Source of the DNA: a virus
Lineage: Duplodnaviria; Caudoviricetes
Reading direction: 5' to 3' (one strand)
Virus record (IMG/VR): IMGVR_UViG_3300020045_005144
Span: 1 to 26,937 of that record
Length of the DNA stretch: 26,937 nt
A program made the position numbers and the translations under genes. How positions within the stretch are numbered: the first letter of the stretch is position 1; each line of letters starts with the position of its first letter. The notes beneath the pieces were generated by a model. The model did not search any database and was not told where the DNA came from. It worked only from the letters and a program-made list of their open reading frames with translations. This document shows, in pieces, positions 1-8,280 of the stretch.

Positions 1-87
1 CCATTATAAATATTCGTTAAGGTTAATTTTTTGTTTATTGTATTCGTGTTGTTCGTTAAGCCAATTATCTTGTGTTTCTTTTTTTGT
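1..87 (-). repeat. Exact inverted copy of 3558-3644 (transposase 3' end / ATPase start)
   Basis: Reverse complement of 1-87 (ACAAAAAAAGAAACACAAGATAATTGG...GAATATTTATAATGG) matches 3558-3644 base for base; runs off the window edge. Confidence 0.95.
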
Positions 88-108
88 ATATATTCAAAAA
101 TTCCATTT

Positions 109-333
109 ACTTCTATTTTCGTTACACTAAACCTACATTAAATAACTATAGAAAAGGTTAATTATAGCCGTTAACTTCTATTTTATTACACCATTATTAC
201 AATTAGTTACATCCCTTGTTTAAATAGGCTTTAAATAGGTTTTAAACGTTTTGTTTATCTGAATATTTAGCCAAATAAATATAAAAATGATTATTTATTG
301 AAAAACATCAAAAAAAGTAACTTTTATTTTATT
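109..333 (+). repeat. Three dispersed direct repeats, candidate transposase end-binding sites
   Basis: ACTTCTATTTTCGTTACAC (109-127), ACTTCTATTTTATTACAC (174-191), ACTTTTATTTTATT (320-333) in non-coding DNA distal to the repressor, where Mu-like left ends lie. Confidence 0.5.
219..246. repeat. TTTAAA-N5-TTTAAA-N5-TTTAAA phased repeat
   Basis: TTTAAATAGGC TTTAAATAGGT TTTAAA, 11-bp period. Confidence 0.7.
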
Positions 334-364
334 GGGTTGCCTGTTGGGTTGCTTATTGGGTTGC
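332..364 (+). repeat. 3 x TTGGGTTGC tandem repeat, 12-bp period
   Basis: Copies at 332-340, 344-352 and 356-364; GC-rich within very AT-rich flanks. Confidence 0.9.
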
Positions 365-515
365 TTCAACTATGTTTTAAAATAAACTATAAGATTACCC
401 ATAACCGCATTAATTTTATAGTTTAAATCATAAAATCAAGGTTAAGGATACCCCAAAATAACATTTTAAAACGCTTAAATTTAATTAACTATTTAATTAT
501 CAGTGAATTATATTT

Positions 516-1256
516 TTACATCATTGAATTTATTCTAATACTTCCTTTGATTAACCCTAACGCACTAACTTTTTTCAGTTCTATATCTTTATCTTGGTGA
601 TGTTTGTTTTGGCTAACCAAACATATATAATCTTCTCCTTTTGCGCTTTTCTGAATATATTTTACTGTTACAAACTCCTCATCGTCAACCTCCATACTTA
701 CTAAATACATTTCACCCCAAAATAAACCGTCTCGAATGTTGTGGATTTGTTTATACATAACAATATCTCCACTTTTAAGTAATGGATACATACTGTCTCC
801 AGTAATATAAACCGCACCATCACATTTAGGCAAGTTTGGAATTTGTATGTAGTCAATTGGTTTTGTTTGATTGCTATCTAAAAACAACGATACTATCCCA
901 GCTGACGCTTCAACATTATATAAAGGAATTGTTTGAGCTTCTGAAATTTTATTATCTGTTTTTAGATCATAAGTTTCATGAGTTTCATTAACCATATTGT
1001 TTATTGGTTCATTATTTATAGAAGAATAATCAACAACAGGACGTTTAACTGATCCAATGCCAGAAATCAAAAACTCAGGATTAATATTTACGCATTTTGA
1101 GTAAATTAAATCAATATCAAACGTATTTCTACTAAGCCAACTTGATAAAGTTTGAGGCTTAATCCCTAAATGATTAGCAAAAGCGGTGTCGGTTTTAAAT
1201 AAATAAGTATCTTTTATCTTATTCAAAATCAACGTCTTATCAATTATTTTACTCAT
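516..1256 (-). CDS. CI-like phage repressor: N-terminal HTH plus C-terminal S24 peptidase domain
   Basis: HTH 'TAFANHLGIKPQTLSSWLSRN'; cleavage-region 'VEASAG'; catalytic 'GDSMYP' and 'TVK'; divergent from early operon. Confidence 0.92.
   Translation of the reverse strand: MSKIIDKTLILNKIKDTYLFKTDTAFANHLGIKPQTLSSWLSRNTFDIDLIYSKCVNINPEFLISGIGSVKRPVVDYSSINNEPINNMVNETHETYDLKTDNKISEAQTIPLYNVEASAGIVSLFLDSNQTKPIDYIQIPNLPKCDGAVYITGDSMYPLLKSGDIVMYKQIHNIRDGLFWGEMYLVSMEVDDEEFVTVKYIQKSAKGEDYICLVSQNKHHQDKDIELKKVSALGLIKGSIRINSMM
1089..1103. promoter_or_regulatory. Operator O3, inside repressor CDS
   Basis: TACGCATTTTGAGTA, 14/15 match to the palindrome at 1291-1305. Confidence 0.7.
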
Positions 1257-1264
1257 TTTGCGTA
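1250..1264. promoter_or_regulatory. Operator O2, overlaps repressor start codon
   Basis: TACTCATTTTGCGTA, 14/15 match to the palindrome at 1291-1305. Confidence 0.8.
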
Positions 1265-1277
1265 AATTTTATTATAA

Positions 1278-1313
1278 TTTGTTTTTTTATTACGCATTTT
1301 GCGTATATATTTG
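1278..1313 (+). promoter_or_regulatory. Early lytic promoter (Bacteroidota sigma-A type)
   Basis: -7 consensus TAnnTTTG = TATATTTG at 1306-1313; upstream TTTG at 1278-1281 with a somewhat long spacer. Confidence 0.7.
1291..1305. promoter_or_regulatory. Operator O1, perfect inverted repeat
   Basis: TACGCA-TTT-TGCGTA directly abutting the early promoter -7 element. Confidence 0.85.
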
Positions 1314-1339
1314 TTCTTCTAAACGGAACAAAATAAACA

Positions 1340-1534
1340 ATGGACAAACGTACAAAAACAAAACCGGAATACAATGGACAAATTGTAGAGAGATTAATTT
1401 CAAAGTATGGAGTTTCAAAAAGATTCATATCAATGAGTTTATCTGGTGACAGAAAGTCTGAAACATCTGATACAATTGCATCAGATTATAAAAAAATGGA
1501 AAAAGCAGTAAATGATCTATTAGCTACTTTATAA
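1340..1534 (+). CDS. Ner/Cro-like small HTH regulator
   Basis: 64 aa, HTH-like 'VERLISKYGVSKRFISMSLSG'; lies between repressor and transposase. Confidence 0.75.
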   Translation: MDKRTKTKPEYNGQIVERLISKYGVSKRFISMSLSGDRKSETSDTIASDYKKMEKAVNDLLATL

Positions 1535-1535
1535 A

Positions 1536-3641
1536 ATGAAATCTAATCCATACGAATATTATAGCAATAAGCTCGGTGTCAAAATTAGTTTTCTAATTTC
1601 TGACCGAAATGCGAATTCTGATAGTTTGAAGCTGATTAATTATAATGCTTTACATCGTCGTATGAATTCTGAGACATGTATTGAAAAACAATTACGCAGA
1701 GCTTCATTAAATTATGATGCATTAATTCATTTTGATTCTTTAACTCAAGAATGGAGAGATAAGTTAACATTGAATTTTGGAAGTCCTGCAGTTGAAATCA
1801 AAAAGAGTTGGTTTGCGGAACATTATGAGGCTGATAGAAAAGCATTTGATTTTTATTCAAGTTATACCTATGGTGAGGATAATAAAAAACTTGATTTAGA
1901 TCTAATTGAAACCTACACATATAATGCTTCGGTTTTAAATACAGTTATAAAGTTAAAAGCTAACAGAAAAGCATACGCAAAAGCATTAGGATGTAACCAA
2001 ATTGACATTTGGGAAAGCCTTTCAAAAGATGTAAACGCTTTTAGAGTTGTGGCTCATAAATTACCAACAAGTTCAAGAGGTTTAAGAATTCAAGTAAATA
2101 ACTATTTGAAATTTGGGTTTTCTGCAATCATTTCTGGAAAGCTTCAAAACCAAAATGCAACCAAAGTAAAAGAAAAAGAGCAAATGGCTCTTGTTGATGA
2201 ATTATTGGCTAAACATACAAATCTTGACAACACACAAGTTGCTGGAATGTACAACACAATTGCCGATGTTTTAAAATGGAAAACAATCACATCGCAAACT
2301 GTGGCTAATAGAAAACAAGATAAGAAGTTGGTTATTACTGCCGGTAGAAAAGGAACTAGCGCGCTTTCAAACACTGTATTAATGCAAAACAAACGTACAG
2401 CTCCAACAATGCCAATGTTATACTGGACACTTGACGGATGGGATGCGGAACTTTTGTATCAAGAAACATCAATTGATAAATCTGGTCGCTCGGTTACTTC
2501 TTATACAAATCGTTTAACGGTTGTGGTTGTTCTGGACCCGTTCAATAAGTATCCGGTTGGTTATGCAATAGGAACTCACGAAACACCAGAATTAATCAAA
2601 GATGCATTAAGAAACGCATTCCAACATACTAGAGAATTATTTGGAGCCTATTATCGCCCATATCAATTGCAATCTGATAATTATGGTCGTGGAACTTTAA
2701 AACCACTTTACGAAGCTTGCTCGGTTCATTATACACCTGCAAAAGTAAAGAATGCTAAAGCGAAAATTATCGAGCCTTGGTTTAACAGATTCAATAAAGA
2801 GTATTGCCAAATGTTTGACAACTGGTCTGGGCACAATATGGCATCGGGTTCTAAAAGTCAACCAAATGATGAGATGTTAAACAAATTGCGCCATCAGTTT
2901 CCAGACGAAAACGGTTGCAGAAATCAATTGACAATGTCTATTGAAGCTGACAGGAACAAAAAGCGTGAACAATACATTAACCAATGGAGTCAAGTTAGTG
3001 AGGAATATCGTTCAGAAATGTTACAAGAAATGTATTTAAACTATTTGGGAAAAACCACAGGTTTTACAAACAAGCTTTTACCAGAAGGTTTAACTCCAAC
3101 TCTAAACGGACAAACATTATGTTTTGATTCATTTGACATCAACTTTAGAAAATTATCTCACGTTGATTGGGCGGTTAAATATGATCCGCAAGATTTATCA
3201 AAAGTTTTGGTTGTAAATGCAGAATCTAAAGGAGGAAAAATAGTTAAAGAAGTTGGTACATATCAATTTATGTTACAACAAAAACACATACAACCAATGG
3301 CACTCGCAGAACGTAACGAGGATGATGGTTTAAAACTTCAAGAAGTTAAAAGTTACAACAATAACGTAATGCAATACATAACTGGAGAGCGACAACAAAA
3401 TGCGGAAATATTAGAGGAATTATTCCAACGACCGCAACTCCAAGATACACTTGCAAAACTAATACTCGTCGATTCAAGAGGACAACACAAGGACAGAAGA
3501 AACGACAACAGATTAAAAGAAAAATCGAGGGAACTTATAGAAGTTCAAGCGATTGAAACAAAAAAAGAAACACAAGATAATTGGCTTAACGAACAACACG
3601 AATACAATAAACAAAAAATTAACCTTAACGAATATTTATAA
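1536..3641 (+). CDS. MuA-like DDE transposase
   Basis: 701 aa; RNase H-fold triad candidates 'WTLDGWD', 'LQSDN', 'AKIIEPWF'; followed by AAA ATPase. Confidence 0.92.
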   Translation: MKSNPYEYYSNKLGVKISFLISDRNANSDSLKLINYNALHRRMNSETCIEKQLRRASLNYDALIHFDSLTQEWRDKLTLNFGSPAVEIKKSWFAEHYEADRKAFDFYSSYTYGEDNKKLDLDLIETYTYNASVLNTVIKLKANRKAYAKALGCNQIDIWESLSKDVNAFRVVAHKLPTSSRGLRIQVNNYLKFGFSAIISGKLQNQNATKVKEKEQMALVDELLAKHTNLDNTQVAGMYNTIADVLKWKTITSQTVANRKQDKKLVITAGRKGTSALSNTVLMQNKRTAPTMPMLYWTLDGWDAELLYQETSIDKSGRSVTSYTNRLTVVVVLDPFNKYPVGYAIGTHETPELIKDALRNAFQHTRELFGAYYRPYQLQSDNYGRGTLKPLYEACSVHYTPAKVKNAKAKIIEPWFNRFNKEYCQMFDNWSGHNMASGSKSQPNDEMLNKLRHQFPDENGCRNQLTMSIEADRNKKREQYINQWSQVSEEYRSEMLQEMYLNYLGKTTGFTNKLLPEGLTPTLNGQTLCFDSFDINFRKLSHVDWAVKYDPQDLSKVLVVNAESKGGKIVKEVGTYQFMLQQKHIQPMALAERNEDDGLKLQEVKSYNNNVMQYITGERQQNAEILEELFQRPQLQDTLAKLILVDSRGQHKDRRNDNRLKEKSRELIEVQAIETKKETQDNWLNEQHEYNKQKINLNEYL

Positions 3642-4597
3642 TGGAGCAATCAATCAAACAAACTATTGTAACAAAGTTAAAAGAGTACATGGAGTTACAT
3701 CAACTTACTCAAGCGGATGTTTCAAAAAAGTCTGGAGTTAGAAAGGAATACATTAACATCTTACTTAAAGAAGATTCTAATTTCATGTATGATGCTGGAA
3801 ATAATAAACAAGGTTTTATACCTGCAGCTCATTTTCATGCTTTAGCAGAATTATGCGGTTATTCAATTGAAAAAACTTATTGGGAAACGCAACCTACTCC
3901 TCAAACCATCGCAATTTTAGCCAATTTAAAAGAGGCAAAAGAGCACGGTGTAACAAATGTTTTCTTTGGAGAAACTGGTTCTGGAAAAACGCACACTCTT
4001 CAAATCTTTGCTTCAAAAAATCCACATGACACATTTATTGTTACTGTTGGAAGTTCGGACAATTTAGGAGATTTAATTGAAAAGGTAGTTGATCAACTAA
4101 AAATTACTGCTGGAAAAACAAAAGCGGCAAAGCTTCGTGATATTTCAAAAAGAATGCGCGATTTAAAAGCACAGGGTTATACTCCTCAATTAATTTTTGA
4201 TGAGGCCGAATATATGAAACAACCTGCATTATGTGCAATGAAAGAATTGTATGATAATTTACAACACTATTGCTCAATTGTATTAGTTGGAACCGACCAG
4301 TTGAGAGATAACCTTGATAAATTAAGAAAAAGAAACAAAGCGGGGATTCCACAATTCTACAGACGTATAAAATTCGGAATTAGAGTATTGCCAAACATAG
4401 ACAGAAGCTACTCAATTTTCATTCAAGAAATTGAAGATAAGAATTTAAGAAAGTTCGTTCAAAAACATTGTGATAATTACGGAGAGTTGCACGATTGTTT
4501 AGTTCCTGCAATGCGAGAAGCTGACAGAACAAAAGAGCCACTAACTGAGCAATTAGTTAGAAAAGTGTTAAACATTCCAGAAGGCATGTATGACTAA
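3641..4597 (+). CDS. MuB-like AAA+ transposition ATPase with N-terminal HTH
   Basis: Walker A GETGSGKT, Walker B LIFDEAE, 'VLVGT', 'QFYRRI'; HTH 'LTQADVSKKSGVRKEYIN'. Confidence 0.9.
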   Translation: MEQSIKQTIVTKLKEYMELHQLTQADVSKKSGVRKEYINILLKEDSNFMYDAGNNKQGFIPAAHFHALAELCGYSIEKTYWETQPTPQTIAILANLKEAKEHGVTNVFFGETGSGKTHTLQIFASKNPHDTFIVTVGSSDNLGDLIEKVVDQLKITAGKTKAAKLRDISKRMRDLKAQGYTPQLIFDEAEYMKQPALCAMKELYDNLQHYCSIVLVGTDQLRDNLDKLRKRNKAGIPQFYRRIKFGIRVLPNIDRSYSIFIQEIEDKNLRKFVQKHCDNYGELHDCLVPAMREADRTKEPLTEQLVRKVLNIPEGMYD

Positions 4598-5240
4598 GAT
4601 AAAATTAAAAAAGGCTTTAACGGTTGCCAATATCGTCAACCAAAAAGTAACGCTCATTGACTTTTCTGAATATGCACCCGATTTATACCAAGCATTTGGT
4701 AATCCTCAAAATAAGGGAGTATGGTTTGTTTGGGGTGGCTCTGGTTCTGGTAAATCCAGTTTACTATTAGACATAACAAAAGCTTTCTGTAGAAACCTAA
4801 AAGCCGTACATAATGAACTTGAGGAGGATTTAGATGATGATGATTATATAAAGCGATTGCAAATGAAACAAATGCATGATGTTGAAGGTCGATTTTTATC
4901 AGTCTCATATAATTACAAAGAGATGTGCGAGTATTTAGATAAAAGGGATTCGCCTAAAGTAGTTGTAATTAATTCGGCAAATTATTTTTTTGAAAGTCTC
5001 GCTCAATATTTCGAGTTTACAAAAAAGTATAAGCGTAATAAAATCATCATTATTTCGGGAATGGCAAAAGCTAACAACCCATATTCAGAATTAGAGAATA
5101 AAATTATGTTTGATGCTAACAAGAAAATATTTGTAACTGGATATTTAGCATCATGTAAAGGACGGACAATTGGACCAAACGGAGGAACGTATATCGTTTG
5201 GCAAGAGGGATACGAAAAACTAAGAGGAGCATCAGAATAA
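4590..5240 (+). CDS. Second P-loop ATPase (RecA-like)
   Basis: Walker A 'WGGSGSGKS'; Walker B-position strand 'VVVINS'. Confidence 0.8.
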   Translation: MTKIKLKKALTVANIVNQKVTLIDFSEYAPDLYQAFGNPQNKGVWFVWGGSGSGKSSLLLDITKAFCRNLKAVHNELEEDLDDDDYIKRLQMKQMHDVEGRFLSVSYNYKEMCEYLDKRDSPKVVVINSANYFFESLAQYFEFTKKYKRNKIIIISGMAKANNPYSELENKIMFDANKKIFVTGYLASCKGRTIGPNGGTYIVWQEGYEKLRGASE

Positions 5241-5263
5241 AAAAATCAAATCAAACTAACATT

Positions 5264-5617
5264 ATGAATAAAATTCAATCAAATCAAATTGTAGATCTAT
5301 TACAATATTCAACTAAAGAATATGAGGACCAATATTTAGATTGGTACGATAGATTTATCAGCTCATTAGCAAAAGGAGACTTTTCAAAATATGTGCAAAT
5401 GTATCAAAACAGGTCAATTGCAATGTGGTTTAAACTTGAGATAAATAAACTTGAAAATCAGTTTATTTCTATTTCTCAAAATGTACCAAATGAAATTGTT
5501 CAGTTAAGAGTTCATTATAAAGTTACAATCTCTCAAATTTTCAATAAGTACCCATCGGCTTTATTAGAGGGAATTAAACCAAATTATTCATTTAAAATTC
5601 AACCAAATCTAAATTAG
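5264..5617 (+). CDS. Hypothetical phage protein
   Basis: ATG at 5264 after an A-rich leader preferred to the upstream start at 5198; tight operon packing. Confidence 0.7.
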   Translation: MNKIQSNQIVDLLQYSTKEYEDQYLDWYDRFISSLAKGDFSKYVQMYQNRSIAMWFKLEINKLENQFISISQNVPNEIVQLRVHYKVTISQIFNKYPSALLEGIKPNYSFKIQPNLN

Positions 5618-5619
5618 AT

Positions 5620-5763
5620 ATGACAATACCGCAATTGAAAAACAAAATTAATGAATTGGAGTTTTGGTTGGAGCATAACCAGAACCATCCAGATAGAATA
5701 ATCATCGAAACGGATTTAAGAAATCTAAGACTCGAACTTTCAAAAACTGAAACTAATGAGTAA
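5620..5763 (+). CDS. Small hypothetical protein (47 aa, MTIPQLKNKINELEFWLEHN...)
   Basis: Below ORF-track cutoff; starts 2 nt after previous stop and overlaps next ATG. Confidence 0.7.
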   Translation: MTIPQLKNKINELEFWLEHNQNHPDRIIIETDLRNLRLELSKTETNE

Positions 5764-5992
5764 AGAAAAAATAACTGATAGAATTCACAAATTGGAGCTC
5801 ATTCTGGAATATGAAGCAACCATTCGACTAAAGTATATCTCGGTTGGAGAATGAATATGTATAAATCAAGAGCGTGGTTCTTTATATGAACAACTAAACG
5901 AAACTAACTCCAACCCAAGGCAATATAAAGTAAGTGATTTCATTGAAAACAGAATTCAATTTGTATTAAATAAAATAGAAAATGGAAATTAA
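5756..5992 (+). pseudogene. 78-codon ORF interrupted by in-frame TGA at 5852-5854
   Basis: MSKEK...ISVGE*ICINQERG...NKIENGN; frame stays open 45 codons after the TGA and ends overlapping next gene start. Confidence 0.65.
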
Positions 5993-6680
5993 TAACATCA
6001 AAGTAATCGAACCAGAAATTTTAAAAACAGAAAAAATGGAAAACACAAAAGGACCAGTTGATTTATCAACTTTAAGTGATGCAGAATTTGAAGCGGAAAT
6101 GCAGCGCAGAAATTCAGAAAAAGCAGAATTGCAACAAAAGGCAAAACGAGATTATGAAAACCTAAAATCAGAGGTTGTAACTGAATTATGTAAAAGTGCA
6201 AAAGAAATTAATGAAACGCTTGAAAAATTTAAGATTAAAGCATTTTCGGACATGCAAACCGTTTATGATTTGCTAAAAGAATATAGCTCTCGCCATAAAG
6301 ATGGGAAAGGTAATTTTAAAATTGAATATCAAAATTACAGAGTTAGTTATAAGCGACAAGGAAAGCCACATTTTGACGAAAGAAGTCACCAAGCGGAAAA
6401 ACATATCATTGATTTTGTGAACTCTAAATTTAATAATGACAAAGACACAAGAGATTTAGTAATGTCTCTATTGGAACGTAAAAAAGACCAATTAGACATT
6501 AACCTTATTCAAAAGCTTTACGCAATGGAAAATCGCTTCCAAGATGAAAATTGGAAACGTGGAATTGAACTTTTAAAAGAGAGTTATAGTTATTCACACT
6601 CAAAAGATTATATCGGGTTTGAGTTTAAAGATGATAAAGGAGAATGGCAAACTATAAACTTGCAATTTTCAAACATATAA
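5982..6680 (+). CDS. DUF3164-like protein of Mu-like phages
   Basis: Coiled-coil N-half; C-terminal 'WKRGIELLKESY...SKDYIGFEFKDDKGEWQTINLQFS' typical of this family. Confidence 0.75.
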   Translation: MEINNIKVIEPEILKTEKMENTKGPVDLSTLSDAEFEAEMQRRNSEKAELQQKAKRDYENLKSEVVTELCKSAKEINETLEKFKIKAFSDMQTVYDLLKEYSSRHKDGKGNFKIEYQNYRVSYKRQGKPHFDERSHQAEKHIIDFVNSKFNNDKDTRDLVMSLLERKKDQLDINLIQKLYAMENRFQDENWKRGIELLKESYSYSHSKDYIGFEFKDDKGEWQTINLQFSNI

Positions 6681-6705
6681 AAATAAGTTAAGTAGGTTAA
6701 TTGGG

Positions 6706-6839
6706 TCCCGAGTGGCGAAATGGTAGACGCTTGACCACTAGATGTCGGTTAGTCATGGTAGCGCCTGGCAACTAAAGTTCGTGGATTGTTTTAGGAAAAA
6801 CAAAATGACATCGTGCAGGTTCGAATCCTGTCTCGGGAA
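6706..6839 (+). ncRNA. tRNA-like RNA (Leu-type D arm) with an 84-nt expanded centre and no clean anticodon arm
   Basis: Acceptor stem TCCCGAG/CTCGGGA; D arm TGGCGAAATGGTAGACGC; T arm GCAGG-TTCGAAT-CCTGT; discriminator A. Confidence 0.8.
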
Positions 6840-6860
6840 CAAACTTTAAAATCAAACAAA

Positions 6861-7121
6861 ATGTATACAATAATCGAATTAGAGGATAGCGGTCAGGATT
6901 TTTTAAGAATTATAACTGATCATGTTGGAGTTATTATTGAACTTCAACCTTTTAATACTGGTGCTTTTTTAGGAGGTTTAATTCCTATAGGCCAAGAGGA
7001 TATGATGGAAAAAGGAAAAGAACTTCCTATACATCATCCGCCAAATATAAGCTTTGGATTTTTAAAGCATAAAATAAAAAATGTTAAAAAAGTTGAAAAA
7101 TTAGAAGATGCCAATATATAA
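6861..7121 (+). CDS. Hypothetical phage protein
   Basis: ATG 6861 after A-rich leader; the listed GTG at 6813 lies inside the tRNA-like T arm. Confidence 0.7.
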   Translation: MYTIIELEDSGQDFLRIITDHVGVIIELQPFNTGAFLGGLIPIGQEDMMEKGKELPIHHPPNISFGFLKHKIKNVKKVEKLEDANI

Positions 7122-7581
7122 AAAACCAATTCCAAAGTATGATCCAAAAGGTAAAATTACAGCCTTTCAGATTAAACGGATTATGGCAAACTGCCAATAT
7201 CAAGTTGAAACAAAAAACGAGTGGGTACAATGGGCAACTGCTGATAAAACTAAAACAAGTTTAAGAGAAATAACCCAAGAGCAAGCGGTTAAAATCATAC
7301 GCGCTCAAGAAGGTTCTGAAGCTTTAAACCCAACACAAGAAAACTGGGGTAAGTTTGACTATAAAAACCCATCACACAAGGTTATTTTGTCATTAATGCA
7401 CCAAGCACAATGGACAACAAAGCATCCAGAAAAAGGAGAGGTTGCCGATTTAAACCGATTAGATGGTTTTTTAAAATCAGAAAAATCTCCAGTTCAAAAA
7501 CCTCTTTTAAAAATGGATGATAAAGAAGTTCAAAAACTGATAGTTGCACTTAATAGAATAGTAAAATCTAAATATAAATAA
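7108..7581 (+). CDS. GemA/Mu gp16-like hypothetical protein
   Basis: 'QIKRI...KTSLREITQEQAVKII' and C-terminal 'EVQKLIVALNRI' pattern; early-region position. Confidence 0.5.
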   Translation: MPIYKKPIPKYDPKGKITAFQIKRIMANCQYQVETKNEWVQWATADKTKTSLREITQEQAVKIIRAQEGSEALNPTQENWGKFDYKNPSHKVILSLMHQAQWTTKHPEKGEVADLNRLDGFLKSEKSPVQKPLLKMDDKEVQKLIVALNRIVKSKYK

Positions 7582-7582
7582 G

Positions 7583-7897
7583 ATGGATAAAAGTAATATA
7601 ATAATTATGATTTACATCATCGTTTTCGTTGTTCTGGTTTTTATTATTGCTTGTTTAAGTACAGCATCAAATGCAGATGATAACTCTTGCAGTTGTGATG
7701 ATGTTAACCAATGCGAAAAATGGTGTAATGCCAAAATTGCATTTACAAAAGATAACAATTACAGTATATCTGAGGAATGCAAACATCCAAACCAATTAAC
7801 TAGAGTTTTAGAAGCATCTGGAACTTGTGAAAAAACAATTGAGGTTTGTGCTGACTGCGACGAACCTTTATCAGAACCAAAAACAGACTGTATATGA
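7583..7897 (+). CDS. Membrane-anchored Cys-rich protein
   Basis: N-terminal hydrophobic helix; multiple Cys including CSC, CxxxC, 'CKH' and CxxC. Confidence 0.65.
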   Translation: MDKSNIIIMIYIIVFVVLVFIIACLSTASNADDNSCSCDDVNQCEKWCNAKIAFTKDNNYSISEECKHPNQLTRVLEASGTCEKTIEVCADCDEPLSEPKTDCI

Positions 7898-7935
7898 AAA
7901 CTATTGAAAAATTTGAATGCTTCTTTTTTGGAGTA

Positions 7936-8060
7936 TCTAAACAAATGGATTTTATAAGTTTGCCAGCCTCAGTGGTTGGTATTTCGGAATCATAAATTTT
8001 ATTTAAAAGTTTCCTACAAGCCAGAAGAGTATCGTTATTTAATTTGAGTTTGATTTTCAT
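7936..8060 (-). pseudogene. N-terminal part of gene MKIKLKLNND...KSICL broken at the inversion junction
   Basis: Beyond ~7936 the ORF reads antisense through plus-strand genes; probable C-terminus (EFNDNELEK...NQKLT) is at 8334-8408 on +. Confidence 0.6.
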
Positions 8061-8280
8061 TAGTTGATTTGTTTATTTTTGATGGAATGCTAATAAAATA
8101 CGTGTCAACTTCTTGCTGAAGTTTGCTTAAAGTCATTTCATTAATACACTTGACTTCGTTATCAATTTTTAAAATTTCTTCCATTAATTTAATTCGTGAA
8201 ACTCCAGTTGCAAAGTCTAAAAATTTATCATAACTGTTTAGAACTTCCTTAAGGCGGTTTCGTTTGGTTACATAGTTCAT
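8035..8280 (-). CDS. Hypothetical protein (MNYVTKRNRLKE...) inside inverted segment
   Basis: ATG at 8280 after ACCAACA; overlaps start of next minus-strand ORF. Confidence 0.65.
   Translation of the reverse strand: MNYVTKRNRLKEVLNSYDKFLDFATGVSRIKLMEEILKIDNEVKCINEMTLSKLQQEVDTYFISIPSKINKSTNENQTQIK

Noticed and set aside
332-364. Short repeats as a CRISPR array
   Set aside because: 9-bp units with 3-bp spacers; far too short, and no cas genes
1258-1449. 63-aa ORF from TTG
   Set aside because: Runs through operators and promoter and overlaps the better Ner-like ORF
6731-6748. Amber (CTA) suppressor or Leu(TAG) anticodon, possibly reading through the stop at 5852
   Set aside because: Stem is weak, the loop is 8 nt and lacks U33; the interrupted gene has TGA, not TAG
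6706-6840. tmRNA or intron-containing tRNA
   Set aside because: Insert of 84 nt is too short for a tmRNA or group I intron; no G3-U70 alanine identity
7800-7935. C-terminal half of the 86-aa minus-strand ORF as real coding sequence
   Set aside because: It is antisense read-through beyond the inversion junction over plus-strand genes
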